From Candidatus Methylomirabilota bacterium (GTDB lineage: Bacteria > Methylomirabilota > Methylomirabilia > Methylomirabilales > 2-02-FULL-66-22), in assembly GCA_016180655.1 (NCBI GenBank), contig JACPAT010000026.1, positions 1 through 40,067 on the forward strand: DNA of 40,067 bases. The letters are read 5' to 3'. The notes beneath the pieces were generated by a model that had not been told where the DNA came from, did no database searches, and was given only the letters and a program-made list of their open reading frames with translations. Both the position numbers and the translations under genes were made by a program. Positions 15,421 through 24,894 of this stretch are shown here, piece by piece. The number at the start of each line of letters is the position of its first letter. Within the stretch, counting starts at the first letter, position 1.

Positions 15421-18348
15421 ATGGACCGCCGTGATTTCCTGAAGATCCTTGGGGGCAGTGGGGCGGCCGCAGCCCTCTCGGGCTGCGCCCAGCCGGTGGA
15501 GAAGATTCTCCCCTATGTGATCCCGGACGAGGACATCGTCCCGGGCGTAGCCACCTGGTATGCCACGGTGTGCCGCGAGTGTCCGGCCGGCTGCGGGATG
15601 TTGGTTCGGACGCGCGAGGGCCGGGCCGTCAAGGTGGAGGGCAATCCGGCCCACCCCGTGAATGCCGGCGCCCTGTGCGCCCGGGGGCAGGCCTCGCTTC
15701 AGGGCCTCTACAATCCCGACCGAATCCCCCACCCGCTCCGTCGGGATGCCTCCGGCAAGACGCACCCGATGTCGTGGGCAGAGGCCGAGGCGCTGCTGGC
15801 AGAGCGGTTCGCGGCGCTCCGGGCGCGCGGCGCCGGCGACCGGGTGGCCTTCGTCGGCCGGCTCGAGACGGGAAGCCTGCGCCGGCTGGTCGGGGAATTC
15901 CTCGCGGCGATCGGATCAATGCAGTATCTGACCTACGAGCCCTTCGCCTACGAACCGCTCCGGGCGGCCAACCACATCGCCTTCGGCCGCGCGGCCATCC
16001 CCTTCTACGATATCGAGGCCGCGGAGTTCCTGCTCTCCTTCGATGCGGACTTCCTTGAGACATGGATCTCGCCGGTCGCATTCGCGCGGGCCTTCGCCCG
16101 CTTCCGGACCGTCCGCGAGGGGACGCGCCCGGGATTCGCGTACGTGGGCCCTCGCTTGAACCTGACCGCCGCGAACGCGGATGCGTGGTTGCCCATCCGT
16201 CCCGGGACAGAGGGGATCCTGGCCCTCGGGATGATTCAGGTGATCCTCCAAGAGAAACTGGTCCCGGTCTCGGGACCGGAGCGAGATCGCGTGTGGACGC
16301 TGGTGCAGGGGTATGATCCGCCGGCGGTGGCCAAAGCCACGGACCTTCCCGCGGAGACGGTGCAGCAATTGGCGCGGGCCTTTGTCCTTCCACGGCCAAG
16401 CCTGGCGCTGGGCGGAGGGATCGCCGCGAGCGCGAATAATGCCACCGCCACCCTGGTGGCCATCAATACTCTGAACGCCATCGTGGGGAATCTCGGCCGG
16501 ACGGTCCGCTTCGGCCCCAATGCGAGCATCGCGGAGGCCAGCCCGTATGCCGACCTCCAGCGGCTGATCCAGGCGATGGCCCAAGGGGACGTGGAGGTCC
16601 TGCTCCTGCACGACGTGAACCCACTCTTCACGCTCCCAGCGGCGACGGGATTCGCCGAGGCGCTGGCCAAGGTCCCCCTGGTGGTCAGCTTCTCCAGTTT
16701 CCCCGACGAGACGACGATGCGGGCCCATCTCGTCCTTCCCGATCACACGCCGCTGGAGTCGTGGGGCGATTACGCGCCGCGAGCGGGTGTCGCCGGCCTG
16801 GTGCAACCGACGATGCGGCCCGTCTTCGCCAGCAAGGGCCTTGGGGATGTCCTCCTGGCGGTGGCCCGCCAGATGGGGGGGGAGGTCGCGAAGGCGTTGC
16901 CGGCCGAGAGCTTCCAGGCCTATCTCCAAGAGGTCTGGCGGGGCCATCACCGGCGCTTGGCGCCGACGATCCCCTTCGAGGAGTTCTGGGAGGCAGCCCT
17001 CAAGCGGGGCGGGGTGTGGGAAGAGGTGCCGGACGAGCGGGTGCGGCTCACACTTGGGGGCATCGCAGCCGTGGAGCCGGAGGTGGCGGGATCAAGCGAG
17101 GGGCTCACCCTGCTTACGGTCCCCTCGTTGCAGCACTTTGATGGGCGCGGGGCCAATCGTCCCTGGCTGCAGGAGCTGCCCGATCCGCTGAGCCAGATCG
17201 TCTGGGATGCCTGGGTCGAGATCCACCCCGAGACCGCCCGGCAGCGGGGGATCGGCGAGGGCGACATCGTCCGGTTGACCTCGCCCTTCGGGCAGATCGA
17301 GCTGCCGGCGCATCTTTCGGCCGGCCTGCGAAAAGATGTGGTCGCAGTTCCGATCGGGCAGGGGCATACGGCCTTCGGCCGGTACGCGGAGCGGCGCGGG
17401 GCGAATCCGCTCCTCCTCCTGGCGCCCCGGGCCGAGGAGGCCTCCGGCGCGCTGCCGCGGCTCTCCGTGCGGGTCGCGCTGGCCCGGACGGGCGCGCGAT
17501 CCCTGCTGGCCAGCCCCGCGGGGTCCTCCCAACAGGTCGGGGAGGGCGTTGCCCGGACGATCACTCTCACGGAGCTGAACCGGTCGGAGGCCGAGCCGGG
17601 TCCGCGCCACGAAGCCGGCAGCCTCTACCCTGCCCACGTCCACCCTGACCATCGCTGGGGCATGGCCATTGACCTGAACGCCTGCATCGGGTGCAGCGCC
17701 TGCGTCGTGGCCTGCGCGGCCGAGAACAACGTCCCGGTGGTGGGCAAGGAGCGCGTGAGCCAGGGGCGGATCATGTCGTGGATCCGGATCGAGCGGTACC
17801 TCGAGGAGGGGCCTTCCTTCCCCCGGCCGCGCTTCGTCCCCATGCTGTGCCAGCACTGCGACAATGCGCCGTGCGAGTCGGTCTGCCCGGTCTTTGCCAC
17901 ATACCACAACCCCGAGGGGTTGAACGCCATGGTCTACAACCGCTGCGTGGGGACGCGCTACTGCGCCAACAACTGTCCCTACAAGGTCCGGCGCTTCAAT
18001 TGGCAGACCTACCCCTGGCCATCCCCGCTCCACCTCCAGCTCAACCCGGACGTGTCGGTGCGGGAGATGGGGGTGATGGAGAAGTGCACCTTCTGCGTCC
18101 AGCGTATCCGGGAGGCCAAGGAGAACGCCAAGGACGAGGGCCGGGGCGTCCGCGACGGGGAGATCACCCCCGCCTGCGCCCAGACCTGTCCCACGTCGGC
18201 GATCGTGTTCGGCGACCTCAAAGACCCGCAGAGCCGGGTGGTCCGCCTCGCCCGGGATCCGCGCGGGTATCATGTCCTCGGCGAGCTGAACACCCGTCCG
18301 GCCATTACCTATCTGAAACGCGTCGTCCTGGGCCGGAGTCCCATCTGA
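15421..18348 (+). CDS. actB: Alternative complex III subunit ActB (molybdopterin-oxidoreductase-like domain fused to polyferredoxin)
   Basis: Tat signal DRRDFLK with lipobox LSGC; GRAVKVEGNP, NRPWLQELPDP; FeS motifs CIGCSACVVAC, CQHCDNAPCESVC, CVGTRYCANNC, CTFC...CAQTC. Confidence 0.95.
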   Translation: MDRRDFLKILGGSGAAAALSGCAQPVEKILPYVIPDEDIVPGVATWYATVCRECPAGCGMLVRTREGRAVKVEGNPAHPVNAGALCARGQASLQGLYNPDRIPHPLRRDASGKTHPMSWAEAEALLAERFAALRARGAGDRVAFVGRLETGSLRRLVGEFLAAIGSMQYLTYEPFAYEPLRAANHIAFGRAAIPFYDIEAAEFLLSFDADFLETWISPVAFARAFARFRTVREGTRPGFAYVGPRLNLTAANADAWLPIRPGTEGILALGMIQVILQEKLVPVSGPERDRVWTLVQGYDPPAVAKATDLPAETVQQLARAFVLPRPSLALGGGIAASANNATATLVAINTLNAIVGNLGRTVRFGPNASIAEASPYADLQRLIQAMAQGDVEVLLLHDVNPLFTLPAATGFAEALAKVPLVVSFSSFPDETTMRAHLVLPDHTPLESWGDYAPRAGVAGLVQPTMRPVFASKGLGDVLLAVARQMGGEVAKALPAESFQAYLQEVWRGHHRRLAPTIPFEEFWEAALKRGGVWEEVPDERVRLTLGGIAAVEPEVAGSSEGLTLLTVPSLQHFDGRGANRPWLQELPDPLSQIVWDAWVEIHPETARQRGIGEGDIVRLTSPFGQIELPAHLSAGLRKDVVAVPIGQGHTAFGRYAERRGANPLLLLAPRAEEASGALPRLSVRVALARTGARSLLASPAGSSQQVGEGVARTITLTELNRSEAEPGPRHEAGSLYPAHVHPDHRWGMAIDLNACIGCSACVVACAAENNVPVVGKERVSQGRIMSWIRIERYLEEGPSFPRPRFVPMLCQHCDNAPCESVCPVFATYHNPEGLNAMVYNRCVGTRYCANNCPYKVRRFNWQTYPWPSPLHLQLNPDVSVREMGVMEKCTFCVQRIREAKENAKDEGRGVRDGEITPACAQTCPTSAIVFGDLKDPQSRVVRLARDPRGYHVLGELNTRPAITYLKRVVLGRSPI

Positions 18349-18361
18349 GAAGCGACCCGCC

Positions 18362-19669
18362 ATGCAGCCTCTGACCTTCCGCCAAGTGGATCGTGACATC
18401 CTGCGGACCATGGAGCCGCCGGGGCGGCTCTACTATGGCCTGCTCGCCCTGGTCCTGGCTGTCATCCTCTGGGGCGTGTACGCCTGGTGGTACCAGATCC
18501 AGACCGGCTTGGCGGTCGCGGGCCTCAACAACCCCGTCGGCTGGGGCGCCTACATCACCAACTTTGTCTTCTGGGTGGGGATCGCCCACTCGGGAACGCT
18601 GATTTCGGCCATCCTGTACCTCTTTCGGGCGCGCTGGCGGACCGCGGTCTACCGCAGCGCCGAGGCCATGACGGTCTTCGCCATCATGACGGCGGGCCTG
18701 TTTCCCCTGATCCATCTGGGCCGGCCCTGGTACTTCTACTGGTTGCTGCCCTATCCCAACCAGCGGAACCTCTGGCCCAATTTCCAGTCGCCCCTCCTCT
18801 GGGACGTCGTCGCCATCGGCACCTACATGACGGTGAGCGTGACGTTCTTCTTTATTGGGCTCATCCCGGACCTGGCCACGGCGAGGGACCAGGCCACCGG
18901 CTGGCGCCGCCTCTTCTACGGCATCCTCTCGCTGGGATGGCGCGGCTCGGACCGGGAATGGCGGCACTACCGGAGCGGCTACTTGTTCTTCGCCGCCCTG
19001 GCCACCCCGCTGGTCGTCTCGGTTCACAGCGTCGTGTCGTGGGATTTCGCCATGTCCATCGTCCCCGGATGGCACAGCACCATCTTCGCCCCCTATTTCG
19101 TCGCCGGGGCGATCCACTCCGGCCTGGCCATGGTCATCACCATCCTCCTCCCGCTCCGCCGGATCTTCCGGCTGGAGGCCTACCTGCTTCCGCGCCACTT
19201 CGAGAACCTGGCCAAGCTGATCATCGTCACCGGCCTCATTGTCGGGTATGCCTACCTGGTGGAGTTCTTCCTGGCCTGGTACAGCGGCAATGTCTACGAG
19301 CATGCGGTCTTCCTGGATCGGGCCACCGGCCACTACGCCCCCGAGTTCTGGATCATGGTGACCTTCAACGCGGTGCTCCCGTTGCTCTTTTTCATCCGCA
19401 GGGTCCGGACGAGCCCCGCGTGGCTCGTCGGCATCTCTCTCGGGATCACTATCGGCATGTGGTTCGAGCGGTTCGTCATCATCGTGGCCTCGCTGGCCCA
19501 TTCCTACATCCCCTTCTCGTGGGGCCTGTACCGCCCCACCTGGGTGGAGCTCTCCATCACCGCGGGCAGCTTCGCCTGGTTCCTGTTCTGGTTCCTGCTC
19601 TTCGCGAAGTTCCTCCCCTCGGTCTCGATGACCGAGGTGAAGGAACAGATCCCGGAGGAGGCAGGATGA
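18362..19669 (+). CDS. actC: Alternative complex III quinol-binding subunit ActC (NrfD family)
   Basis: ITNFVFWVGIAHSGTLISAIL, RSAEAMT, IHLGRPW, SPLLWD, SVHSVVSWDF, GWHSTIF, GMWFERFVII. Confidence 0.95.
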   Translation: MQPLTFRQVDRDILRTMEPPGRLYYGLLALVLAVILWGVYAWWYQIQTGLAVAGLNNPVGWGAYITNFVFWVGIAHSGTLISAILYLFRARWRTAVYRSAEAMTVFAIMTAGLFPLIHLGRPWYFYWLLPYPNQRNLWPNFQSPLLWDVVAIGTYMTVSVTFFFIGLIPDLATARDQATGWRRLFYGILSLGWRGSDREWRHYRSGYLFFAALATPLVVSVHSVVSWDFAMSIVPGWHSTIFAPYFVAGAIHSGLAMVITILLPLRRIFRLEAYLLPRHFENLAKLIIVTGLIVGYAYLVEFFLAWYSGNVYEHAVFLDRATGHYAPEFWIMVTFNAVLPLLFFIRRVRTSPAWLVGISLGITIGMWFERFVIIVASLAHSYIPFSWGLYRPTWVELSITAGSFAWFLFWFLLFAKFLPSVSMTEVKEQIPEEAG

Positions 19670-20169
19670 TCCGGCCCGGCCTCGTGGGGATCTTCGCCGA
19701 CGGAGCGCAGGCCGCCCGGGCGATCGCCGCCCTCCGGCGCGAAGGTTTCGAGGGCTTCGAGGTCTATGGACCGGTCCCGCACCCGGCCGTCGAGGCGGCC
19801 CTGGAGGCGGGCGTGAGCCCGGTGCGACGGTATACCCTGGCGGGGGGCATCCTCGGCTGCGCGAGCGGATTCGCCCTCACGATCTGGACGGCGCTCCAGT
19901 GGAACCTGGTCGTGAGCGGCAAGCCCGTGGTGGCCCTCGTCCCCTTCGTGGTGATCGCCTTCGAGCTCACGGTCCTGTTCGGGGCGCTCGCCACGCTGCT
20001 GGGCGTCCTCGTCCACGCCCGGTTGCCGCGCCTTCGGCCGGAGGTCGGGCAGGATCCGCGTTTCACCGGGGATCGGTTCGGGATCCTGGTGTGGTGCGAG
20101 GGGGATCGCGCCGCGGCGGCCGAGGTGGGGCTCCGCCGGGCGGGGGCCGAGGAAGTGCGAAGTGTCTAG
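19666..20169 (+). CDS. actD: Alternative complex III subunit ActD (DUF3341)
   Basis: ATGA overlap with actC; EVYGPVP, WNLVVSGKP, FVVIAFELTVLFGA, DPRFTGDRFGI, GAEEV. Confidence 0.9.
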   Translation: MIRPGLVGIFADGAQAARAIAALRREGFEGFEVYGPVPHPAVEAALEAGVSPVRRYTLAGGILGCASGFALTIWTALQWNLVVSGKPVVALVPFVVIAFELTVLFGALATLLGVLVHARLPRLRPEVGQDPRFTGDRFGILVWCEGDRAAAAEVGLRRAGAEEVRSV

Positions 20170-20728
20170 AGATTCACTGCAACCGCAGATGAACGCAAAT
20201 AAACGCAAATTCAAATTTGAGGAATCAATTTGCGTGGATTTGCGTTTATTGGCGGTTTCGTTTGGTTTGGTCGTCGCGCTCTGGTGGGTGCCGTCGGCGT
20301 CCAGCATGCCCTGGAGCCAGGACATGGTCCGGCAGCCGTCGGTGAGGCCGCAGCAGGAACCGCGGCCGGCAGCCCCGGGGGCGCTGCCGACCACCGCGCC
20401 ACGCCGGACAGGATCTCGGGGAGAGGCCAGGGAGATCCTGCGGAATCCGGTGGAGGCCTCCCCGGCTTCGGTGGAACGGGGCCTCAAGCTCTACCGGATC
20501 CACTGTGCCGCCTGCCATGGTCCAGGAGGCCAGGGGGATGGCCCGGTGGTGGCGAGATTCCTCAAGCCGCCCTCGCTGACCTCGGAGCGGGCGAAGAAGT
20601 ACCCGGATGGGTTCCTGTACGGGACGATCCGCCACGGCGGGCCCAAGATGCCGAGTTACCGGGAGGGCCTGAGCGACCGGGAGCGGTGGGACGTGGTCAA
20701 CTACCTGCGGAGCTTGCAGGGGCGATGA
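20162..20728 (+). CDS. actE: Alternative complex III monoheme cytochrome c subunit ActE
   Basis: DMVRQPS, NPV..S..RG.KLYRIHCAACHG..GQGDG, MPSY, RWDVVNYLRSLQ; N-terminus contains a translated repeat; start uncertain (GTG 20162 or ATG 20189). Confidence 0.85.
   Translation: MSRDSLQPQMNANKRKFKFEESICVDLRLLAVSFGLVVALWWVPSASSMPWSQDMVRQPSVRPQQEPRPAAPGALPTTAPRRTGSRGEAREILRNPVEASPASVERGLKLYRIHCAACHGPGGQGDGPVVARFLKPPSLTSERAKKYPDGFLYGTIRHGGPKMPSYREGLSDRERWDVVNYLRSLQGR
20178..20257. repeat. CAGATGAACG-type palindromic repeat, copy 3, inside the actE 5' end
   Basis: TGCAACCGCAGATGAACGCAAATAAACGCAAAT...ATTTGCGTGGATTTGCGTTTATTGGCGGTT; AT-rich island in a GC-rich operon. Confidence 0.8.
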
Positions 20729-21975
20729 GCGCGACCGAGTTTCATCCCGTCCCTATCTCGGCCCTCACCCGCCCGCTGCCGCGCTGGATCATCACCGGGC
20801 TGGGTCTGCTGGTGTTGGTGGGAGCGGGGACGTTCCTGCTGGGGGCCAGCGGGCGGAATCCGCTCCGGGCCTGGCAGGCCTACCTGGTCAACTTCCTCTT
20901 CTGGTCCGGGATCGGCCAGGCCGGCCTGGTCTTCGCCAGCATCCAGGAGATGACCGGGGCGCGGTGGGGCCACCCCATTCGGCGGATCGCAGAGGCGATG
21001 GCGGCGTTCCTGCCCATCTCGTTCCTGCTCTTCCTTGCCCTGTTCTTCGGCCGGGGAACCATCTTCCCCTGGGTCCGGAACCCGATCCCCCAGAAGCAAG
21101 CCTGGCTCAACGTCCCCTTCCTCTTCACGCGGGACGCCGTCGCGTTGCTCTTGCTGGGGGGCCTGAGCGTCCTCTTCCTCTACTTCACCCTGCGGCCCGA
21201 CGCGCAGGCTGCGGAAGCAGTGGGCCCCCGCTGGGCATGGCCCCTGTATGTCCTCCTCCGGAGGGGCTGGCGCGGGCGCACAGCGGAGCTGGATCGGAGC
21301 CGGCGAACTCTGGCGATCCTGTCGCCCATCCTGGCGATCCTGTATTGCCTGGGCCTCACCCTGATCGCCTTCGACCTCGTGATGTCCCTGGACCCCGGCT
21401 GGTCCAGCACCCTCTTCGGCGCCTACTTCTTCATCGGCAACCTCTACGTCGGCCTGGCCTGCCTCGCCCTCCTGGCCGCGGCGGCCCGCCGCCTGTTCCG
21501 GCTGGAGGCCCTGATCACCTCGGCACAGTTCCACGACCTCGGGAAGCTGCTCTTCGCGTTCTGCATGCTCAGTGGGGACTTCTTCTGGTCACAGTTCCTG
21601 GTCGTCTGGTACGGGAACCTTCCCGAGGAGACGGGCTTCATCCTCGTCCGCGCACGGCAACTGCCGTGGGCGCCGATCTCCTGGATCGTGCTGCTGGTGT
21701 GTTTCCTGGGCGCCTTTCTCGTCCTGCTCAGTCGGCGGCTCAAAGAGCATCCGGCCGGGCTCTCCGCCGTGGCCACCTGCATTCTCCTCGGCATGTGGCT
21801 GGAGCGGTTCCTGCTGGTGGTCCCTTCGGTCTGGCGTGGGTCGAGTCTGCCCCTCGGCCTGCCCGAGCTCCTCATCACCGGGGGATTCGCCGGCCTGTTC
21901 CTCCTGGCCCTCCTGGCCTTCGGCCGGGCCTTTCCCTTCCTGCCAGCGGTGACCGGGTTTGAGAACCCCTCCTGA
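20725..21975 (+). CDS. actF: Alternative complex III membrane subunit ActF
   Basis: ATGA overlap with actE; RAWQAYLVNF, WLNVPF, DLVMSLDPGWSSTLFG, HDLGKLLFAF, SQFLVVWYGNLPEET. Confidence 0.92.
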   Translation: MSATEFHPVPISALTRPLPRWIITGLGLLVLVGAGTFLLGASGRNPLRAWQAYLVNFLFWSGIGQAGLVFASIQEMTGARWGHPIRRIAEAMAAFLPISFLLFLALFFGRGTIFPWVRNPIPQKQAWLNVPFLFTRDAVALLLLGGLSVLFLYFTLRPDAQAAEAVGPRWAWPLYVLLRRGWRGRTAELDRSRRTLAILSPILAILYCLGLTLIAFDLVMSLDPGWSSTLFGAYFFIGNLYVGLACLALLAAAARRLFRLEALITSAQFHDLGKLLFAFCMLSGDFFWSQFLVVWYGNLPEETGFILVRARQLPWAPISWIVLLVCFLGAFLVLLSRRLKEHPAGLSAVATCILLGMWLERFLLVVPSVWRGSSLPLGLPELLITGGFAGLFLLALLAFGRAFPFLPAVTGFENPS

Positions 21976-22188
21976 CCGTCGGCGAATGCCGTGCGCGGCC
22001 GGTTTTCCCGCTCTCGGGCGTTGCGCGCATATTCCCGCAGCAACCGGTGCGGCAGACCAGTGTCATTGTCGTTACTGTCCCCCCGTTCCTCTTTGTGTAG
22101 TGTCGACCACCGAGCGGAGACGGCGACTGGCGCACCCTTCCTGCCGGAGAGACCCCCGGCCGGTTGGGGTGCGCCACTGGTGGGCTCG

Positions 22189-24894
22189 ATGGCTTCTCTC
22201 TTGCGGGCAATCACCTGCTCCGGGTGGGTGACACCATCATGGCTCCTGTGCATCATCCCCTGGCTCCAACTTTCTGGCGGTCTCCTGGCCTTCCTGCTCA
22301 TCGCCCTCTTCGGCACCATCCATAGCGAGCTCGGCCACCAGATCTCCGCGGGGGAGAGTCCGGCCCTGGCGTGGGCTAGGATCCATGTCGCCGGAGTCCT
22401 TGGGGGTGGCCTCGCATATCTCGCCGTGGCCTCGGCGCTGCAGGCCCTGGCCCTGCGGCAGGCTGGCCGTCCCGCGGCCCGAGGAATGAACCTCCTGGCG
22501 GCAATGGAACTGGTGGCGGTGGCGTCACTGGGCCTGGCGTTTCTGCGCCAGTGGGATGGCGTGGTCCCCTGGGGGCACACCCTGCTTCAACTCTCCTTGC
22601 TGCTACAGGCCCTCGTGCTCCTCTGCCGCTCGGGGCCCCATGAGATCACCTTCCCCGCGGGCCTGCGCGGAGGGGGCCACGGCCTGTTCCTCACGTTGGT
22701 CTTCCTGCTGGCCGCAGTCCCGGGGTACCTGGATCCCTCCTGGCACCGGCTGCGTGAGCACGTGCAGCTCGATTCCGGGCGGGACATCTTTTGGAGTCGC
22801 GTCCTGCCCATGCTGTTCTCCGGGGTGACTGGCCTGTGGCTCGGCAGCGGGGTCCTGGCAATCCTGGCCGGGTGCCGGCGTCTCGCGATGAGGCCGGGCA
22901 TCTCGCCACGGGCGGCGGGGACGATCTCGTTCCTGCCGTTCCTCTCCATCGCGGTCCTCTTCGGGGCGGTGGGGCTGCTCCCTCTGTTTCAGTCCATGGA
23001 GTGGGAGCTCGGCGCCCTCCGGCTCGGGGGCGCCGTGCCGCCACTTTTCCTCCTCCTTTCCGGAGGTGGCGGAGCCTTGTGTTGGCTGGCCTTTCGCCGG
23101 TTGGTGCCGCACGCACCTGGGGCCCGGGGAGAGCTCGTCATCGGCATGGCGGCGCTGGCGATGGGAGGAATGCTGCTTCTGCCGATCACGTGGCTTCTCA
23201 TCCGCCCGGGCTCCGGCTGGCGCTCCCGGCGGTGGCTCCAGGTGTTCTCTCTGCTGGGGAGCCTCGGCCTGGCATACGTCGTCTTGTACGGGAACCTCTT
23301 CGATCCCTGGTTCACCGTCTTCTCCTACCTGAAAGGGGGGATCCTGAAGTTCGTGGCCGTGGTGGTGGCGGGGATCCTGACCATGCTGATCAGGGAGAGC
23401 CAGACCAACGGAACGCGTCCGTCAGAGGCGAAGACCAGGTGGATGCCCGTCGCCGCCGCGTGCCTGGCGGGGGTTATCCCGTTCGCGGCCCTGGAGAGAG
23501 GCCGGGATACCAAGGTCGCCGTTTTGCAGTTCAACGAGCTCAGCATGGTGGACGCCACCTATGCAAGGCTGGCAGCCAGGGTCCTGGGCCTGGAAGGCTG
23601 GATTCGCCTGGGGCAGAACCCCGCGCCCAGGGGTCGGCCGGAACCCTGGCCCCACCCCTGGTCCCTGCAGAGGAACGGCCTCTTGCGCCTCCCACGGGAC
23701 TTCAATCTCCTGGTGATCGTGGTGGACGCCCTGCGGGGGGATGCTTTTGGCTCGGCAGGGTACCATCGGGACCTCACCCCTTTCCTGGACCGGTGGGCCC
23801 GGGAGGAAGCCGTGTCCTTCCGACGGGCCTACAGCCAGGGAGGGGGAACCTTCGCCGCGTATCCCTTCCTGGTCGGCGGCCGGAGCCGGTTCACTCTGTA
23901 TGGGGCTGAGCTCCACCGGGAGAATCTCTACTTCAAGCTTTCCCAGGCCGAGGGGATCCGGCACGTCATGGTGGTCAAGGAGTTCGGGCCCAGGGAAATC
24001 TTCCCTCCCGATTTCCCCGTCATCGAACTGGGCGGTCCGGGTGCGCGTGCCGCCGGGCGGTCTGTTCCGGCGGAGACGGTCTTCGGCCGGGTCCGCGAGG
24101 CCATCGGCGCGCTCTCCAAAGGGGAGAGGTTCTTCGCCTTCCTCCACCTGATGGATGTGCACAGTGTGCTGTGGAAGAAGCCGGAGTGCGTGGACTTCGG
24201 CGACACGCCGAGGGACCTGTACGACAACAACCTGGCCTGTCTGGACAAGGCCTTGGAACGTTTCGTGACCTGGCTCAAAGCGCAGGGAATCTATCAGCGA
24301 ACCGTCATCGTCTTCACTGCGGATCATGGTGAGCAGTTCTGGGAGCACGGGGCCAGTTTGCACGGCCACACCCTGTACGAGGAAGAGATCCACATCCCCC
24401 TGATCCTCCTGGCTCACGGCGTGCGCGGGCGGGTGGAGGACGTGCCGGTGCTGGCGGCGGATATGGCGCCTACCGTGGCGGAGCTGGCGGGCTACTCGGT
24501 CCGCCCTCCCTACGACGATCCCCGAATGGGAATCTCCCTCGTCCCGCTCCTGCTGGGGGAGGAGAGGGAAAGGTATCGGAAGCGGGATGTTGTAGGACGG
24601 GCCTCCTTCAAACGGCGGTACTTCCTCTACCGGGACTGGGAGTGGAAGCTGGTCTATTCCGCCGACTTCGATCTCTTACAGCTCTTCAATACGGCCCGGG
24701 ACCCGTGGGAGAGGAGGAATCTCCTCCGGGAGGAACCGACTCTGGCGGCGGAACTGGAACGGGAGCTCCTGGGATACCTGGAGAGGATCGAGGGGAAGTC
24801 CTACCGGCCCCTGCTTTCCCAGGCGACGAACGGGGGCGGGCTATCGGGCAGGGCACAGCGGCAGCCCCGGTTCGCGGGCGTCCGGGAGCGATGA
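22189..24894 (+). CDS. Polytopic membrane protein with C-terminal sulfatase-like (alkaline phosphatase superfamily) domain
   Basis: Many N-terminal hydrophobic helices; IVVDALRGD, AYSQGGGT (Thr at the nucleophile position), HLMDVH, TADHGE, HGHTLYEEEIHIPL; start uncertain (ORF open from 21991). Confidence 0.8.
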   Translation: MASLLRAITCSGWVTPSWLLCIIPWLQLSGGLLAFLLIALFGTIHSELGHQISAGESPALAWARIHVAGVLGGGLAYLAVASALQALALRQAGRPAARGMNLLAAMELVAVASLGLAFLRQWDGVVPWGHTLLQLSLLLQALVLLCRSGPHEITFPAGLRGGGHGLFLTLVFLLAAVPGYLDPSWHRLREHVQLDSGRDIFWSRVLPMLFSGVTGLWLGSGVLAILAGCRRLAMRPGISPRAAGTISFLPFLSIAVLFGAVGLLPLFQSMEWELGALRLGGAVPPLFLLLSGGGGALCWLAFRRLVPHAPGARGELVIGMAALAMGGMLLLPITWLLIRPGSGWRSRRWLQVFSLLGSLGLAYVVLYGNLFDPWFTVFSYLKGGILKFVAVVVAGILTMLIRESQTNGTRPSEAKTRWMPVAAACLAGVIPFAALERGRDTKVAVLQFNELSMVDATYARLAARVLGLEGWIRLGQNPAPRGRPEPWPHPWSLQRNGLLRLPRDFNLLVIVVDALRGDAFGSAGYHRDLTPFLDRWAREEAVSFRRAYSQGGGTFAAYPFLVGGRSRFTLYGAELHRENLYFKLSQAEGIRHVMVVKEFGPREIFPPDFPVIELGGPGARAAGRSVPAETVFGRVREAIGALSKGERFFAFLHLMDVHSVLWKKPECVDFGDTPRDLYDNNLACLDKALERFVTWLKAQGIYQRTVIVFTADHGEQFWEHGASLHGHTLYEEEIHIPLILLAHGVRGRVEDVPVLAADMAPTVAELAGYSVRPPYDDPRMGISLVPLLLGEERERYRKRDVVGRASFKRRYFLYRDWEWKLVYSADFDLLQLFNTARDPWERRNLLREEPTLAAELERELLGYLERIEGKSYRPLLSQATNGGGLSGRAQRQPRFAGVRER

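Noticed and set aside
15421-18348. Catalytic molybdoenzyme (nitrate, formate or polysulfide reductase)
   Set aside because: Fusion to the polyferredoxin domain, ActB-specific motifs and the actA-C-D-E-F context indicate alternative complex III; Mo binding cannot be judged by eye
18487-19665. 560-aa ORF 18487-20169 as a single gene
   Set aside because: Only the part from ATG 19666 looks like ActD; the upstream part is an off-frame shadow of actC
20230-20724. N-terminal extension of ActF (581-aa ORF)
   Set aside because: It overlaps actE in another frame; the real start is the ATGA-coupled ATG 20725
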